Of a DNA stretch of 60,000 nt, positions 1 through 13,772 are shown piece by piece (positions within the stretch are counted from its first letter, which is position 1; every line of letters starts with the position of its first letter). This DNA comes from Botryllus schlosseri (taxonomy: Eukaryota), in assembly GCA_051294905.1 (NCBI GenBank), contig CM119371.1, forward strand, positions 2,048,001 through 2,108,000, read 5' to 3'. The position numbers were made by a program, and so were the translations under genes. Under the pieces are notes generated by a model. It searched no databases. It saw only the letters and a list, made by a program, of their open reading frames with translations, and was not told the DNA's origin.

Positions 1-496
1 GATGTCATCTGCGTGTAACACACATAAAAATATCTTCTTCCTGGGGCTGTTTTTTCAAGGGAATCATTCCACACGACACTGGTTTAATTGCGTGCATCCG
101 ATTTTTACTATCCTAATGCAGAATAGCACCCGCGAACTCGTTATACCTAACCTACATTTCGTAAGCTTCGAAATCTTAAATACGGATTTCAGGGTGCGTT
201 ACTTGATTAGAGGGACAGTGCATACATGGATCATCAGGAAAATTAAGCTACTACTCCCAGATTATAGCTGCTAATACTTTTCCGAACTGAACTAGCATTA
301 AAATTATGGCCATTAAGATATTTATCCAAGTTATATGGGCCGTTTATGAAAATGGTTTCATACCCGTGGTTGTCAAACTCTGTCAATGCAGCAATCGCTT
401 GCGCAATCATAATGTAACAAAGATAGTTGTCAGAACAATACAATTGAGCCTATCCTCCGTCACTTTCATATAGTTTGTCAGCCGCACTGTTTCTTA
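1..496 (-). pseudogene. Possible decayed exon of an unknown protein (weak C-type-lectin-like Cys spacing)
   Basis: ttatttacag| acceptor, then a long protein-like frame with several stops (AQLYCSDN...IFING...PVSC...IFMC). Confidence 0.2.
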
Positions 497-1994
497 CTGT
501 AAATAAATATGATAGCCGACTATAGTCTTGAATTATCTTCTGATTGATGATACGCCTTCATTCGTTACTGTACTTGCTGAATGCTGATACATATTGCTAC
601 AATGGAAAGTCTCAACACGAGGTACGCTCTGCAAAGTTAGTTTTTTTGCGCAATCAGCGGTATCGCAATATGATAGTCAAGTGGTTCATCGGTCGCCTTT
701 TCTATAGCAAGCTGACCAATATTTATTTGCAATCTAGCAAACATTCCGTTATCTAAAAAACTATAGGAGAGCAATCGGCGTTCTGCTCATATGACGTGCG
801 ATATGATACATAACGTAGGCATCATCACCGAAATATACAACGCTTTGCGATTTCTCTTCATTTAATATTTCTTGAAATCTAATCAATGAATCGGCAATTC
901 AAAATGTTGATCAATATTTACATGTAACTGTATTACCAATTGCAGCTACGACTATATGAGCACGTGGTCGCTAGCTATTACCCACATAGACATCGTGATG
1001 TAAAATCTAACGTGTACTACAAATAGCCGACGGTGGATCATGTAATGGGTAAATTATGTACGTCAGCGGAGAAGCATCGGAGAAGGTGTTGCCATGGATT
1101 ACATTAGGTTTAGGGGCATATATGCCAGTGTTTCTCAAACTTTTTCCGGCCGCGTACCTTCTGAATGCCAAATGACCTCTTAGTCAAATGTACCAGTAAT
1201 ATTAGTAATTGGCGTTCCTAATAGATCATAACACCAGTGAATAGTTAGAAAAGCGGATTAAATTTGCTAGATACAACTGTTTCCTCCGGACCTTGCGGGC
1301 ACAGTTTTTCGAGCTTTTACCGCTTTGCTACCTTCGGCAGCTTACAACTATTTCGAAACGAGAACGCCAAATAATCTGTTCTTGCCAATTGCGTCTTTCT
1401 TTGATTTTCTGGCCTCTCCCCCGATGACTGTCTATTCTCGCTTGCCTTTGGCACTCAATCGATTTTCGTGATTTTCTGCTGCTCGGACTCGCTGTTGAGT
1501 TCTCTGCTACGTCGCACTTGTACCACAATCTTGCTCTTTTTGGTTTCGTATCATTTATCAACGCTGGCTGTCGTACTGACTCCAATTGAAACGGAAGTAC
1601 AGTCGCATCTGAGGAATATGTAGATCGAATGTTTTTCCCATTCTGGAACCCAGAGTTTTGTAACTTCCTGTCTTTTCCCGTGAGCGGCTGAATATTCCGA
1701 TGACTTTAGTTCAAAACTTGGCGGTTTGCGTTTGATTTAATATCCTTTCATTCGACGAGTCAATTTCCTGTACATAGCTTCCGTTTTGTGAGAAATTTCG
1801 CATCACGCTGTCCTTTGAATTCCGAAAACTTCCCTAAAAGGTAGGAATCGGTTGATTTGAGCGGGAAAAATAGCCCTCGTATCACAGTAACTTGATATAT
1901 TTTCTAAAATATTGGGCTAGTCACAATGATCGAAGGACTCGCATTACCTCTACCAATTTGAGTCAACTAGAGAAATTATTCGTCTCCTTACCAA

Positions 1995-2491
1995 TAGGGC
2001 TGTGCAAAATCGAGTACGTGAATGATTCGATACTGAATCACACATTAGGCTTCGAGTCCATTGGAGTATTCGAGTATGACTCATTTTGACAAAATATCAG
2101 CATGTAAGATGTTAAAGTTCATATACCGATATATATACCTTTCATGCTACTACAAATAATATAATGTGTGTACTTCGATATTTTATCCACAATACCAATC
2201 TCATTGCACTTGGTGACAATGCTGTGGGTTGATCATGACTTCAGAAATATGTTAATCCCAAACATTCATAGCTTTGTACTACATGTTCCGTAGGCTCCGG
2301 TACAACCAGTCGAGGTTTCAATGTTCCCACAGTAGAAAATGCCGTCAAACTATATTTCTCGTTATTCAATTCCATTTCATTGGAAAGGAGCGTAAAATAT
2401 CAGCACTCCAAAAATTTCACGATTCGACTCGAATCAATACACATATTAATCAAAGCAGATTCGAGCATTCGTATCATTGTGACCAGCCCTA
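1995..2491. mobile_element. TAGGGCTG-family MITE, older copy (fragments also at about 4770-5137, 18125-18570, 41503-41930)
   Basis: TIRs present, degenerate TSD cttaccaa / ctaaccac, colinear with 14799-15287. Confidence 0.8.
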
Positions 2492-3521
2492 CTAACCACT
2501 ACTTGTTAATTTATTAACTAAAATTATCAATTCGATCATATTTCCACTGCGGAAGCCTTGGAATTGTATTGGTCATATAACAGAATACGAAAGCTGTTGT
2601 GCAAAACTACGTTAGCGGAAAGGAAATATCTGTAAACCCGCAGCATTTGCAATAAAATAGGGATCGCTGATAAAAACTATATTATTTTTAATATGACGAA
2701 GAGCCAGCATTATATTATTTGTGGTTGCATGAACGGTACATATTTGCACTTTTCACATTTCTCATAACCCTATGATGTCATAAGTAGTGGTACTTGACTC
2801 TACGGCTAATTTTCGATTCATAGTCAAATCACTTAGGCACTCGATTTTCACACTACCAATGAATACTACGAGGAGATTGTTAGTGGTCATCAAGTCTCGA
2901 ACATCCAGTAATTTGTAGAAGTCAGTGGATATATTTTATTTTAAGAGGTGATTAAAGATTTTTCCTCGTTGGCTGAAATATGACCAAGTGTTGTCAAGGA
3001 GGAATGAAAGCAAAATAGACCAGAAAATTAAAAAAGCCTATGTGTAACCTAACGTCACAAAATATCAGCATCAATTGGAAGTTTCACCTGTTTTCCAAAC
3101 AAAATTCGGTAGTTAAGTCAAACAAAAATTGAGACTCAAGTAATTACATTCATGGTCAAACTTAAATAGACTTGATAAAAAAAATTGCTACATTTTTACC
3201 GTGCCGTTTCGAGACATCTGGGTGTATGATAGAGTCCAGTCCACACCAAGGCCGCAGTACTTGAATAATAAATCAAAGAATCATTTTATTGGTTTTTACA
3301 CTTCGCCTCGCGGTAACTTCAATACAACCACATAAAACACACGTAATATAAAAATGGCACCAGCAACTTTTTCATTAGATTGAACTTTCAGACATGAACT
3401 TTCAAATTGCACATAATTGCAGTAAATACATGTTGGTATGATTTCAATTCTCGATGACTGGTCTAGAGTAGGTCAGCATCTCGACATGACAAGCTTGTAC
3501 TGAATATTGGCCCTTAAGTAC

Positions 3522-3621
3522 CTGATGACACGAAACCTTCCCAGTCAAGATACAAATTCCTCTTGTCCTTCATTTCATTCATATGCTTCTTCTGATGAGT
3601 GATCATCCCGTTCGGGATGCT
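3522..3621 (-). pseudogene. RBM28: RBM28-like exon B copy with internal deletion
   Basis: tttcag|SIPNGMITHQKKHMNEMKDKRNLYLDWEGFVSS(G)|gtac; contains the Nop4-type DKRNLYL motif. Confidence 0.7.
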
Positions 3622-4183
3622 CTGAAATGGCAGTCACACACATGGTTAAAGGCAGACTTGTATAAATCAGCAAGCTAGTTGACGGTCATTTAACTACAGG
3701 TTATCCTGTAGTTCTAGATGAGGATTTCCAAAATTGAGTAGTGCTAATTTTGCATTTTAAAGATAATTCAGTTATGAAACAACCAGAAAACAGGTGCGAT
3801 TGGTATGTGTTTTCTTGTGTGATGTTCTTGCAGCCCTCGCTAGGTCAGACTCGTAGGCACTAAATGTGACATAGTCAGGGGTCGGTTTTGTGGGTACAAA
3901 TGCCTCTCTTTTCAAGCTCGAAACCCCTTCCTTACGGAATGCCAATTCTATACCAAATATTTCTCAGCTCATTTGCAATTCAGTACTTCATATTATGTAC
4001 AGATATAAGTTTTTGGAGATTTGTCCAGACTTTTAAACGTCGTTGGTTGTAGATCTAGTTATAGCTGAGAGTTTTGTAAGATCAGTACTGATTTAGCAGA
4101 TCCAATAGTTTGTGCAAGCCTGGTTGCAGCGCGGAACAGTGGAATGAATTAAGTATATACGCGGCAACATACGTTACCCTCAC

Positions 4184-4278
4184 CATTCAGCCCATTGAAA
4201 ATTTTTTTCTCATCTTCAGAGATCTTAATTGAATGAACCACATCTATTGGACATTCCAATGGCGGAGTTGGTGAAGAT
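4184..4278 (-). pseudogene. RBM28: RBM28-like exon A copy, heavily decayed
   Basis: Both ends (ttcag|atcttcaccaactccgccattggaatgtccaa ... gctgaatg|gtgag) and the flanking introns match the other A copies; the middle is diverged. Confidence 0.55.
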
Positions 4279-6467
4279 CTGAATACAAGATGTCAAAAAT
4301 GTGACAGCAACGTATGCAAATTCACGAATACATGGATGAGTTGTATGCACCTTATCACTAGGCCTATACAACTAATAGTCAGGTAATATAGAGACACTAC
4401 AGTTAATATATTGATCTGGGATATATCTATCCCTTGATGGCGTGCATACTAGTTGAAGAGCCATGAAAGGCCAATGTTTAAACAACAAACATAAGACTAT
4501 ATTGTCCTTTGTAACAGCTGTACTTATCGTGGACAAGGTTTTGTAAAACTTTTTTTAGACACGACCCCTTTATTTATGGTGAAAAATTGTGTGCCCTCTT
4601 ATCGTGATATCACAAAATATCGAAGAGAGCAATGAGAATGATAGCAACGTCAACGGATAGTTTGATGGCATTGAAGGTTACGAGATAATTCTCAAATATG
4701 AAATGCAGGACAGAACAATAACCAAGAATTGTACCTAAATCACAAGGAACGCGAAAAATTTTCAGTTAACAGTTAACTTCGATTCAGGTCGAGTAATAGA
4801 GTGCGACTCAAAGTTCAAATATGTGCTGTTTATGCTACTACAATGAATATAATGCCTCTTATCCATCTCATAAAAGATACTTCGGTACTTTTCCGACCAT
4901 ACCGATTCAATTCCATTTGCTGATTATGTTGTAGGATGCTCATGATTTTGGAAATGGGGTTCGTCCAGTCACCATCGTAGCTTTGCAATAGCCTATATGT
5001 TTCGCATGCTAAGATACAGCCAATCAAGGTTTTAATAGTACATATTAGTATAGAAACTTTAATTCTTGTTGATAAATTAGCTTTCAGTATCAAGGAGCGT
5101 ATAATTTCAGTACTCGAATCATTGTGCCCTGCCCTATTCATTAGTCATCACGTGTCATAAATAGGAGTGTGCATGCAGAAGTGATCAACTTCTATTTTTA
5201 GTCATCATGATACCAACTTTTGTCGTTAGGGGTCAACGCAATGACCGAACAAGATTTAGGGGCCCACACACTAGATAAAAGGTTAAAACACACTTCACTA
5301 GACTCTGGGGTTAATCCAATACAATGTAACAGATTATCGAGAAGTGAAATAGTTGACTTTCGGAGATACCAGATTCATTTTCGCCAGCACCATCGAGATG
5401 CTTCAACGCTGGAGATGCGATTCGACCTGCAAGCAAGGACATATAGTCTGCACCCACCCTTCTTCTCCTCCATGCTATCCGTGGATGCTGAGCGCCTAGC
5501 AGGATAGCCACGTATACCAGTTTTTGAGTCTCCGGTCCGACATGGCCGTTGATCGAATCCACAACACGCCCATCAAGAAGCCGGACGCATCACCATTGCG
5601 CTCGGAGACCAGGGCTGATATGAGGCATTCGACTAAAAATGATTGGAAACATTTCAAATTTATATAGCCAAATGTAGCCTAACCTATTTCTTTGTACAGA
5701 GATCGTCTACTTCAACGCTTCGAAACACATTTTCAAGATGACCCATTAACAAAAACAATTAGAATCAGTAAAATATTTTGGCCAAAACAAATTGAGGGCT
5801 CTTATATTTGGCGTCAAGGTCAAGGATTGCATCGCACATATTACTCACCATGTCAGTGATATGATGAGGAGTCAGTCCGCACCACATAAGTACCTCGTTC
5901 AGCAGATTTATATTTCAAATCTAGGTGTAGCTATTTTTCTAATATCGTTAACTACGGTATAATGCACACGGATGCATGGGGTGAATTACGAAAAAAAGTA
6001 GCCAAAATTTGTTTTTAAGGTATAAGGCATGGGAATCGGACTGAAAACCTGAACTTTTTGAAAGTCGGTCAATTCTAAACAACCCTAATGTAGGTAGGCC
6101 GAAATTGGACGTATAAAAATAGCCCTGGCAATTAGTTTTGGAAGTTGCAACGCCTTGCATTTAAAGCTCGAAAGCCCGTCTTTTTGAAATGTCGATTCTG
6201 TCTCCTATCTCCTCATTTGCAATTCAGTAGTTCGTAAAACAGTATTATCAGTTGTCAGTTTATTGTGTTTGAGTTAGTGAGGCATCTGATTTTCACAAGT
6301 CGTTAGTTCCAGATCAGTGATTCTGAAACGAGGGGGCGTGAAATCATCTGACGGCGGCGCGAAGCTGCAGTCAATGATAAAAATGGTCGCACTCTATTCG
6401 CTACCTCCAATTCATAATTATTGCTCTGTGTATAGGTCCGAATTTCATAGTAGATGATTCTCACGTC

Positions 6468-7969
6468 CAATGTTCCCTCTAAGCTGCGCACCTGCGCAAA
6501 TGCGCAATGCTGAAACGGTCTCTGCGCACAGAAAATCTACGCTGCGCACAAAAAATTAGAAATGATGTTTTTTTTATAGTTGTTGCGCACTGTTGTCCAA
6601 TGGACCACGCAGGCGCGCAGATTCGTGAAAATTAAGATGGACATTGCCAGGGCCAAATAGTGTTATCACTGAAGTCTGAAACCGAGGTACAAGTGCGCCA
6701 CGCAAAGCTAACTATTGCGCTCCGTGAAGAAATGAGAGTTCACAATCACCTGCGCCTCACGGAAGATATTTTTTAGTATGGCCTCGTACACGTGACCGAT
6801 GCTGATATCATTTCAATAGCGCATTATTTTCTGGGAATGGCGAAATAACATGGTTTAACAAAGTCATAAATAACAATGGACTAGCACGAAGTTAATCTGA
6901 GAGAAACTAACGAATGATAGTCTTCTTCTCCGCGTGGTATGAACATTGCATAAGATTTACCCAGGACCGTAACTTTCGCACCCCAAACCCCCCAATTGCA
7001 GTGGCCGAGCTCGAAGGGGGTCCAAAATTATTTCGAGAATTAACATAAATCATGGTGTATTTTTTGAAATTTTTCAGGATTTTTTTTTCCGCGCTACGCG
7101 GGTTTTCTTAAAGTAAGATATCTGATTATTGGGTACCCTTTCCAAACAAAAATTAGGCATGATTTATAGAAATGGGCAGTTGGGCGTCGGCCATTACCGC
7201 ACCATGACGCGGCAAGACATGTGAAGTTTAAGGATATGGAACATGCAAATACAAGAAGTGCGCCAGAACGATCTGCAGCGAGAAAACCTTGGGCGAAAAA
7301 GACTGCCCCGGTCCTGACCGAAAACTTCGATATATACAAATATATGTGTAATGGTCCATGGTCATGGGCGCCTAAATGACTGGCGCCGAATATTCCACAA
7401 CACAACAACACAAATGCCATATCGAGGGCACATTATTTTCCAGTTAAGAAATACCAATTTGAATTCGTGTACGTCTTTTACTTTAGCAAGTTTTAGCGAT
7501 TTCAATATCTTTTGACATAGCAGATACGGGGTCACGAGATAGCATCATGTAACGAAGTCATTATATCAACGGATAGGCCCGAAGATGTTTTATTAATATT
7601 TAGAGGCCCTATCTATTCCAACACAGCTCACTGGATCAGCTCTACCGGTAAATCTGATTATATGAGCAGGGAGAGGATAAAAATTGATAGCAATATATAT
7701 GCAATTCCCGATCATATTGGCCGATGCAATCATGAATTATATAAATTTTTTCGCGCTTCACGCGTTTAGGGACGCTACTACTAAATGGGCACCCAATGTA
7801 CATGATAAGTACCGGATGAAGCCTAGAGCCGTAGGGGGGTGTGTGGGAGAAGCCCCCCAGTAGTTAGTTTTATCACCATATTGGACGGTGGTTGCGCACT
7901 GTTGCCCGAGGGTCTGTGCAGTGAGTTGGCGTGTTTGCGTAGACTCTCGAAAAATTAGAGGGAACATTG
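6468..7969. mobile_element. Non-autonomous hAT-like element with nested/composite interior
   Basis: Perfect 15-bp TIR caatgttccctctaa, perfect 8-bp TSD ctcacgtc. Interior about 6962-7880 is homologous to 42116-43457. Confidence 0.92.
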
Positions 7970-8009
7970 CTCACGTCAACAGTCATGATCAGGGCAAATG
8001 CAAAATGCA

Positions 8010-8625
8010 ACTTACATTTCGTTCATATTGTAGATTTCGCACTGTCAGTAAACTTTTCATTTGACATTTTACAGCTTGTAGCCTACTTTATAGGTCTACC
8101 ATTGTAAAAGGCCCATTGTTTAGTTATTGTGAATAAATAAAATAAATTCAAACAAATAGGTTGACATGATGTTATGCTCAACGTACCGCAATATCCCAAC
8201 TGAAGCAAGACTGCGTGGGCATTTCATGGTTCTTATATCAAGAAGGGTTGTACTACTACACATTTCAATTATTTCTACCATAATGCGTAATGCAACTACT
8301 GCAATTCTTGATAGGGCCGGATTTGTGAGTTATTGATGCGGAAAAGTATTTTCAGGCCAAACTACTCGGTCATGAGAGACAGTTCCAACCAGAAGTGAAG
8401 ATAAGTAGTAGCCCACAGTTCTAACATTATGTGGGAAAACATTTAATTTGGACATGTTACGTCGAATTTGATCAAAATTAATATTTTTAGGCAAGAAAAT
8501 GTCAAAATTTTGATTTTTTAGGTCAAAATCATTCATTTTTAGGTACAAAAAATCAACTTGGTCAAAACCATTCATTTCCTCAAACTCTCCGTTGGGATTG
8601 CCAGCATTCTGATTGCATTTGCGAT
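8010..8625 (+). mobile_element. Deleted relative of the 9950-11082 hAT in opposite orientation (approximate limits; another copy at about 37520-38110)
   Basis: Reverse-complement similarity to 10000-10290 and 10740-10970; lacks the transposase remnant and the SINE. Confidence 0.7.
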
Positions 8626-8826
8626 ATGACGATAAGGGGGGAGTGAAATTTTTCACTATCAAAAGGGGGGAGTGTCAAAAAAACTTTAGGAACAGCCGTT
8701 CTAGATCTAATTGAAGCTGCAAATTTTGCGAAACGAGTACAGATTTCGGAAAAGTCTGGTTACGGTGCCGGAATAGCGATTTGAAATTACGTTAGATATG
8801 AACGAGTCTACCAACGTTTTCCTTAC

Positions 8827-8922
8827 CATTCAGTGAGTCGATATAATTGGCTACTTTGTCGAATGTGAGGTCTTGGATTGGACGAGGGCATATCCAATGC
8901 CGATGGTGGAATCGATGGCGAT
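8827..8922 (-). pseudogene. RBM28: RBM28-like exon A copy
   Basis: ttcag|IAIDSTIGIGYALVQSKT...stop, |gtaag donor. Aligns with the other A copies and their flanking introns. Confidence 0.68.
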
Positions 8923-10273
8923 CTGAATAGAAGATGTCGAAAATGTGATAGCAACGTATTGAAATATATGAATACGTGTCGGAAAATCATGTATAATTGT
9001 ACATGCATCTAAGATCTGATGACCATACGTACAACACACTTGATATCAAAAAAAAAGCATCCAGTTTCTATTAAATCCAACTTTTTGATATTTGCTTTCG
9101 ACTTGCCCACACTTGCAACAAACAAATTTCGAGTTCAGTTTGATGTTTGGATGACTGTTATAGAGCAGTGGTCGGAAACCTCTGGGGTCATAATCCCAAA
9201 CAGGGTCGTCGTAAATTTTTCTGGCGTCGCCATGACTTAACATATATTATCACTGTTTCAATTCAATGATGAAAATCGGCTTATGGTTTAATGTTCTTGT
9301 TCTATACTTAGTTTAGTTACAGCAAGTAGGCGTGCGGTACTAGCTCTCAACGGACGATATTCAGTCAGGTGGATTTCTGTCTGAAGCAATCTTAAAATGG
9401 CCATCACTTTATCATATTTGTCAGTTGGTCGGACTGATACTGAGATGCCAACCGTTGAATATTGAGGCAAATCTATCCATAGCGGCAAGTCTCAAGCTGT
9501 GATATACAAGCGTGTTGGTGAAAGCACAGCCTGTCGTAATGGCCTGGCGGATGATGTTGAGACGACTAGAGTCATGACTTGAGTCGAGTCATACTTGAGT
9601 CACCTTTTTCGTATTACTTGACTCACTTTGCAGAAATGACTTGACTTGACTCGGCGTTTCAGAAATGCGGATTGACTCGTGACTCGAAGCAAAATTGACG
9701 AGTCAAGTTCAAGTCATCAAGAAATCGATGTCGCTAAAAATCACTGTATACTAAAAAAATGTTTTTGATTGTTCTCGCTACGCTTCGTTCAATGATTTTG
9801 CGTCTTACTGAACGTCCATTATTCTATTACAAATACGTTGACCGCTTACCGCCTTACAGCGTACGTGGTCGGGTCGCAGTAGTAAAGTAATATAATAAGT
9901 AGGTATATATCTTTGTTCTATAGACTGGTCATTGGTGCTAGGTGATCACTAGGGCGATTTTTTATTGACCTAAAAAACGGAAGATTTTGACCTAAAAAAT
10001 CTAAATTTTGACTTTTTTTGACCTAAAAAAACTGAAATTTGACCAAATTTTGACCTCACGTATGCAAATTAGGTGTTTTCGCACATAATGTTAAAATTGT
10101 ACTACTTATCTTCATTTCTGGTTGGAACTGTCTGTCCTTACAAAGTAGATTGACCTGAAAGAATGTTTTTGGCTAAAAAACTGACAAATTTTTACATAAA
10201 AAAACTAGCATTTTAACGAAATCTGGCCCTATGATAAATTGCAGTAGTTACATTACGTATTATGGTGGAATAA

Positions 10274-10755
10274 TTAAAATTTGTTGTAGTACAACGAAAG
10301 ATACTTTCCTACATTCTCGGGTAGAAAGTGTTTGTTTTGTGCTATTCATGGTGTTTGTCAACTACTATGGTCATTTACACCAGGCCGATATTCTTCATTA
10401 CTTTCCGTAACTACCAACATATAGCAGGGCCCACCTCTAGGCTCTTTTGTAAGACACCGCTTACGCGGATGAGGTGGCGAGGAGGAGCCTAGGTAAAGTC
10501 GACCTCGGTCGGAATCGAACCCACACCCATTGGTGTTGCAGCCGCGGATTATACCACTGCGCTATCTCGGGTAGAAAGTGTCTGTTCTTACTAAGTAGCT
10601 TGCCAAGAATGGAGAAAGAACGTTCAACAGCTGCAGTTGTTAGCTGACAACACTGAAGTTGTGTGCACACTGCTTGCTGGTGATGCACCGTGTTGCTTCA
10701 TTCTGACAATGTTGTCTATATCACAATTTTTCAGCTTGCGCTTCTTGATATAAGA
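10274..10755 (-). pseudogene. hAT transposase C-terminal (dimerization-region) remnant, split by a SINE
   Basis: YIKKRKLKNCDIDNIVRMK...QLQCCQLTTAAVERSFSILGKLLSKNRHFLPE[SINE]NVGKYLSLYYNKF*. Confidence 0.8.
10332..10564 (-). mobile_element. tRNA-derived SINE
   Basis: Pol III A box tagcgcagtgg and B box ggttcgattcc, non-tRNA body, caaaacaa tail. Flanked by the 17-bp direct repeat tctcgggtagaaagtgt (10315-10331 / 10565-10581). Confidence 0.85.
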
Positions 10756-11994
10756 ACCATGCAATGCCCAAGCAGTCTTGCTTCAGTTAGGATATTGCGG
10801 TACGTTGACCATAAAACCATGTCACTATTCGTTTCATTTGACCGTTTATGATTCACAATGAGCAGACGATGGGCCGTTTACAACGGTAGGCCTATAAAGT
10901 AGGCTACAGGCTGTAAATTATGAAATGATAAGTTCACAGACAGCGCAAAATCTACGATACAAACGAAATGTAGAGGTCAAAAAATGTTTGATTTTGTAAA
11001 CACTTTTGACAAATTTTGACCTAACGCTACAATTTTGACCTAATTTTGACTTTTTTCGACATGTCAAAAAAAAATCGCCCTAGTGATCACCTTAACCAAA
11101 TCTCTTGTAAGTCACAAATAAATTTACAGACAGACTTGTACAATAGGGGTGTTAAGAACAACGACATTTTTCAAATTTTATCGACCTAATTGTCAAATCG
11201 ATGGTTATCTTGAAAAACGTTGCAAATCAAATTTGACCAAATTCCATTTTGTAGGTGCCCAGATCATTCAAATTGAAATCATGATCATTTGTATATAATA
11301 GTATTTACGGTTACCAAGTTCGTCACATCGACACGACCAAAAATCGTGTTCCAGGTACGCCTGAAGAGGCAGGGATGTCTTTTCCACTTGCTTTGAACTT
11401 GACAGGGGGTTAATTGTGGAGTTTGAATGAAGACATTGCCAGTGAACGAAAAAAGATATGACATGGATTAGCTGGAAATTAATCCACTTCATTGAAATAG
11501 ACATGTTTAAACGAATGTGGGATAATTTTCAAATGGAGTAGGCCTACTTCATGCGCTGAAATTACATAACCTGACAATTTGACAACCAAGTCGGTGGAAT
11601 TTGAAAAAAGAAAGTAATTTGGAACAATCCTATCTTGCAGATATTGCTAGCTCAGAATCATGGCTACTGGCAGCCTGATGATGGGTTTCGAGCGTCACAA
11701 ATCCTGCTATTTAAAGCTCGAAAGCGCGTCCTTTCAAAAGCCGATTCTATCTCCAATACTTCTTACTTCATTTGTAATTCAGTAGTTAGTATTATTATCA
11801 GTTATTATTTCGTTGTGTTTTAGTTAGTAAGGAATCAGATTTTCAAAGGTCGTTGGCTCTAGACCTGATTGAAGTAGCAAGTTTTGTAAAGTGAGAACAG
11901 ATTTTGGAAATCCAGTAGTTTGTACAAGTCTGGTTACGGCGCCCAATAGTGGTTTAAAAGTAAGCATGGACGTATCTACCCACATTTTCATTAC

Positions 11995-12096
11995 CATTCA
12001 GCGAGTCAATACAATTTGTCACTTATTCGGAAGTGAGGTCCTGAATTGGACGAGAGCACATCCCTTGCACATGCCAATGGCGGAATTGGTGGAGAT
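11995..12096 (-). pseudogene. RBM28: RBM28-like exon A copy
   Basis: ttcag|ISTNSAIGMCKGCALVQFRT, then frameshift/stop, |gtaat donor. Confidence 0.72.
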
Positions 12097-13329
12097 CTGA
12101 ATACAAGATGTCAAAGTGACAGCAACATATTGAAATATACGAAAACGTGCTGGAAAACAATGACCATGCATCTGATGACCATACGTACATTTATTATTTA
12201 AAGGAAAAATCAAGTTTCTCATTAAATTCCACTTATTTATATTTTCTTTCCACTTCCACAAACTCGCCGCGATTACACATTGAGTTCATTTTGAATTCTG
12301 GATGACGGATATTGATCAGTGATCGGCAAATTGTGGGTCTTGACCCCAAGCGGAGTGACCAAAGCTATTTGTGAGGTCGCAATGACTCAATGACTTTAAA
12401 GCCAGGTGTATTGGTGTCTGAAGCTATCTTAAAATTTCCTTCACACTATCATATTTATGATACTGAGATGCCAACGTTTGTATATTGAGGCATAGCTATC
12501 CTATCCATAGAGGCAATTTTCAAGATGTGATATGTGAGCGTGTTTGTGAAAGCACGGGTTGTTGTAATGGTTTTGCGGAGAAGAGAGAGAAATTGGATAT
12601 TTTGCATCATTCACTCATGGTTCATGAACTATGGTTGTTCAAGATGAATAGCTTCGCGCAGGAATGAGGAGTGGAACATGGCATTATTGAAAAATCATTA
12701 CGGTAGTTTTCTGAAAAAAATTGCAACTGGCAAAAAATAGTTAGAGGATAATCTTGCATGGTTTCTATGAGGGAAATTGGCATGACACCAAAGAAAAAAA
12801 ACGGCATCACCTATACCAACTTTATTTTTGAAAATTGCAGATTTTATAATTTCATTTCACATTTCTCGCAGAGATGTATCAGTAATTGCAAAAATTACTT
12901 CTACTAATTATAAGTGACACCTCTACTAAATCTACTTTTTTAAACTACCCAATCAAGTAATTTCAAGACTTTTCCATTTCTACTTCCACTCAACAATAAC
13001 TACTATGACTTTACGATGTAAGTAAGGCGAAAGCGACTTGGCACTCGATTTCCCTGCGCGAGAGGGATATTCTTGTTAAGTCGTCGCAAAATGCCTCGGA
13101 TGAAGAGGCATTTTCAGGAGAACAATTAATTAGATTAGAATTAAAATTAAAGCATAAGAACATTTCACAAATTAGATTATAATTAGAACTGAAGATAACT
13201 TCACAAATTAGATCAGAATTAGATTACTGGCATTTCACTCTAATTTACTGGCACTGTAAATCATAATGACTTCCGTTGTATGAGTCGGGTGTGTTTTGAC
13301 CTAGCCTGACGTGAACCCTGAGACTGGCT

Positions 13330-13772
13330 CAGCATGGCTTGGACAACTAGATAATTCTACTTGTCTAATTACACTGATTACAGCAAAATGTCTGAAATTT
13401 CATTCTAATATAGTTTGTGAAATGTATATTGCTCTAACTATAATTCTGATCTAATTTCAGTTTTTTTGGAAAATGCTACAAGAGAACTCTATCGACAGAC
13501 ATTTATCATTCTTATGCTTATCAGAATGAGGTCTGATTTGATAGGAATAGAACTTGATGACATGCTCAAGTTTTTGCGAATTCAGTACTGGTAATTCTGA
13601 TTCCAATATAATTTGTTAAAACTGTGTAGCTATTACTTTAATTCTAATCTAATTAAAAAAAAGTGTACAGTTATAATTCTAATTGTAGCATGATTTGCCA
13701 ATAACTGTTCAGCTAGCATTCTAATTCCAATCTGATTTGAAAAGGCTGCAAATGATCCAGTTGTCCAAGTCT
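13330..13772. mobile_element. MITE with TAATTCTAATCTAATT repeats (copies at about 23800-24285, 36770-36930, 41000-41117, 52440-53450)
   Basis: Ends cttggacaactag / ccagttgtccaagtctg and a shared internal sequence among copies. Confidence 0.7.

Larger units (their letters stand above)
9950..11082 (-). mobile_element. Internally deleted hAT element with transposase C-terminal remnant
   Basis: TIR tagggcgattttt / aaaaatcgcccta, perfect 8-bp TSD gtgatcac, subterminal tttgacc repeats. Confidence 0.9.

Noticed and set aside
5220..5630. GC-richer island with overlapping ORFs
   Set aside because: No recognisable protein, termini or TSD; cannot be supported as a feature.
10495..10570. tRNA gene
   Set aside because: A and B boxes are present, but there is no convincing cloverleaf; it has a non-tRNA body, a tail and a TSD, so it is better explained as a SINE head.
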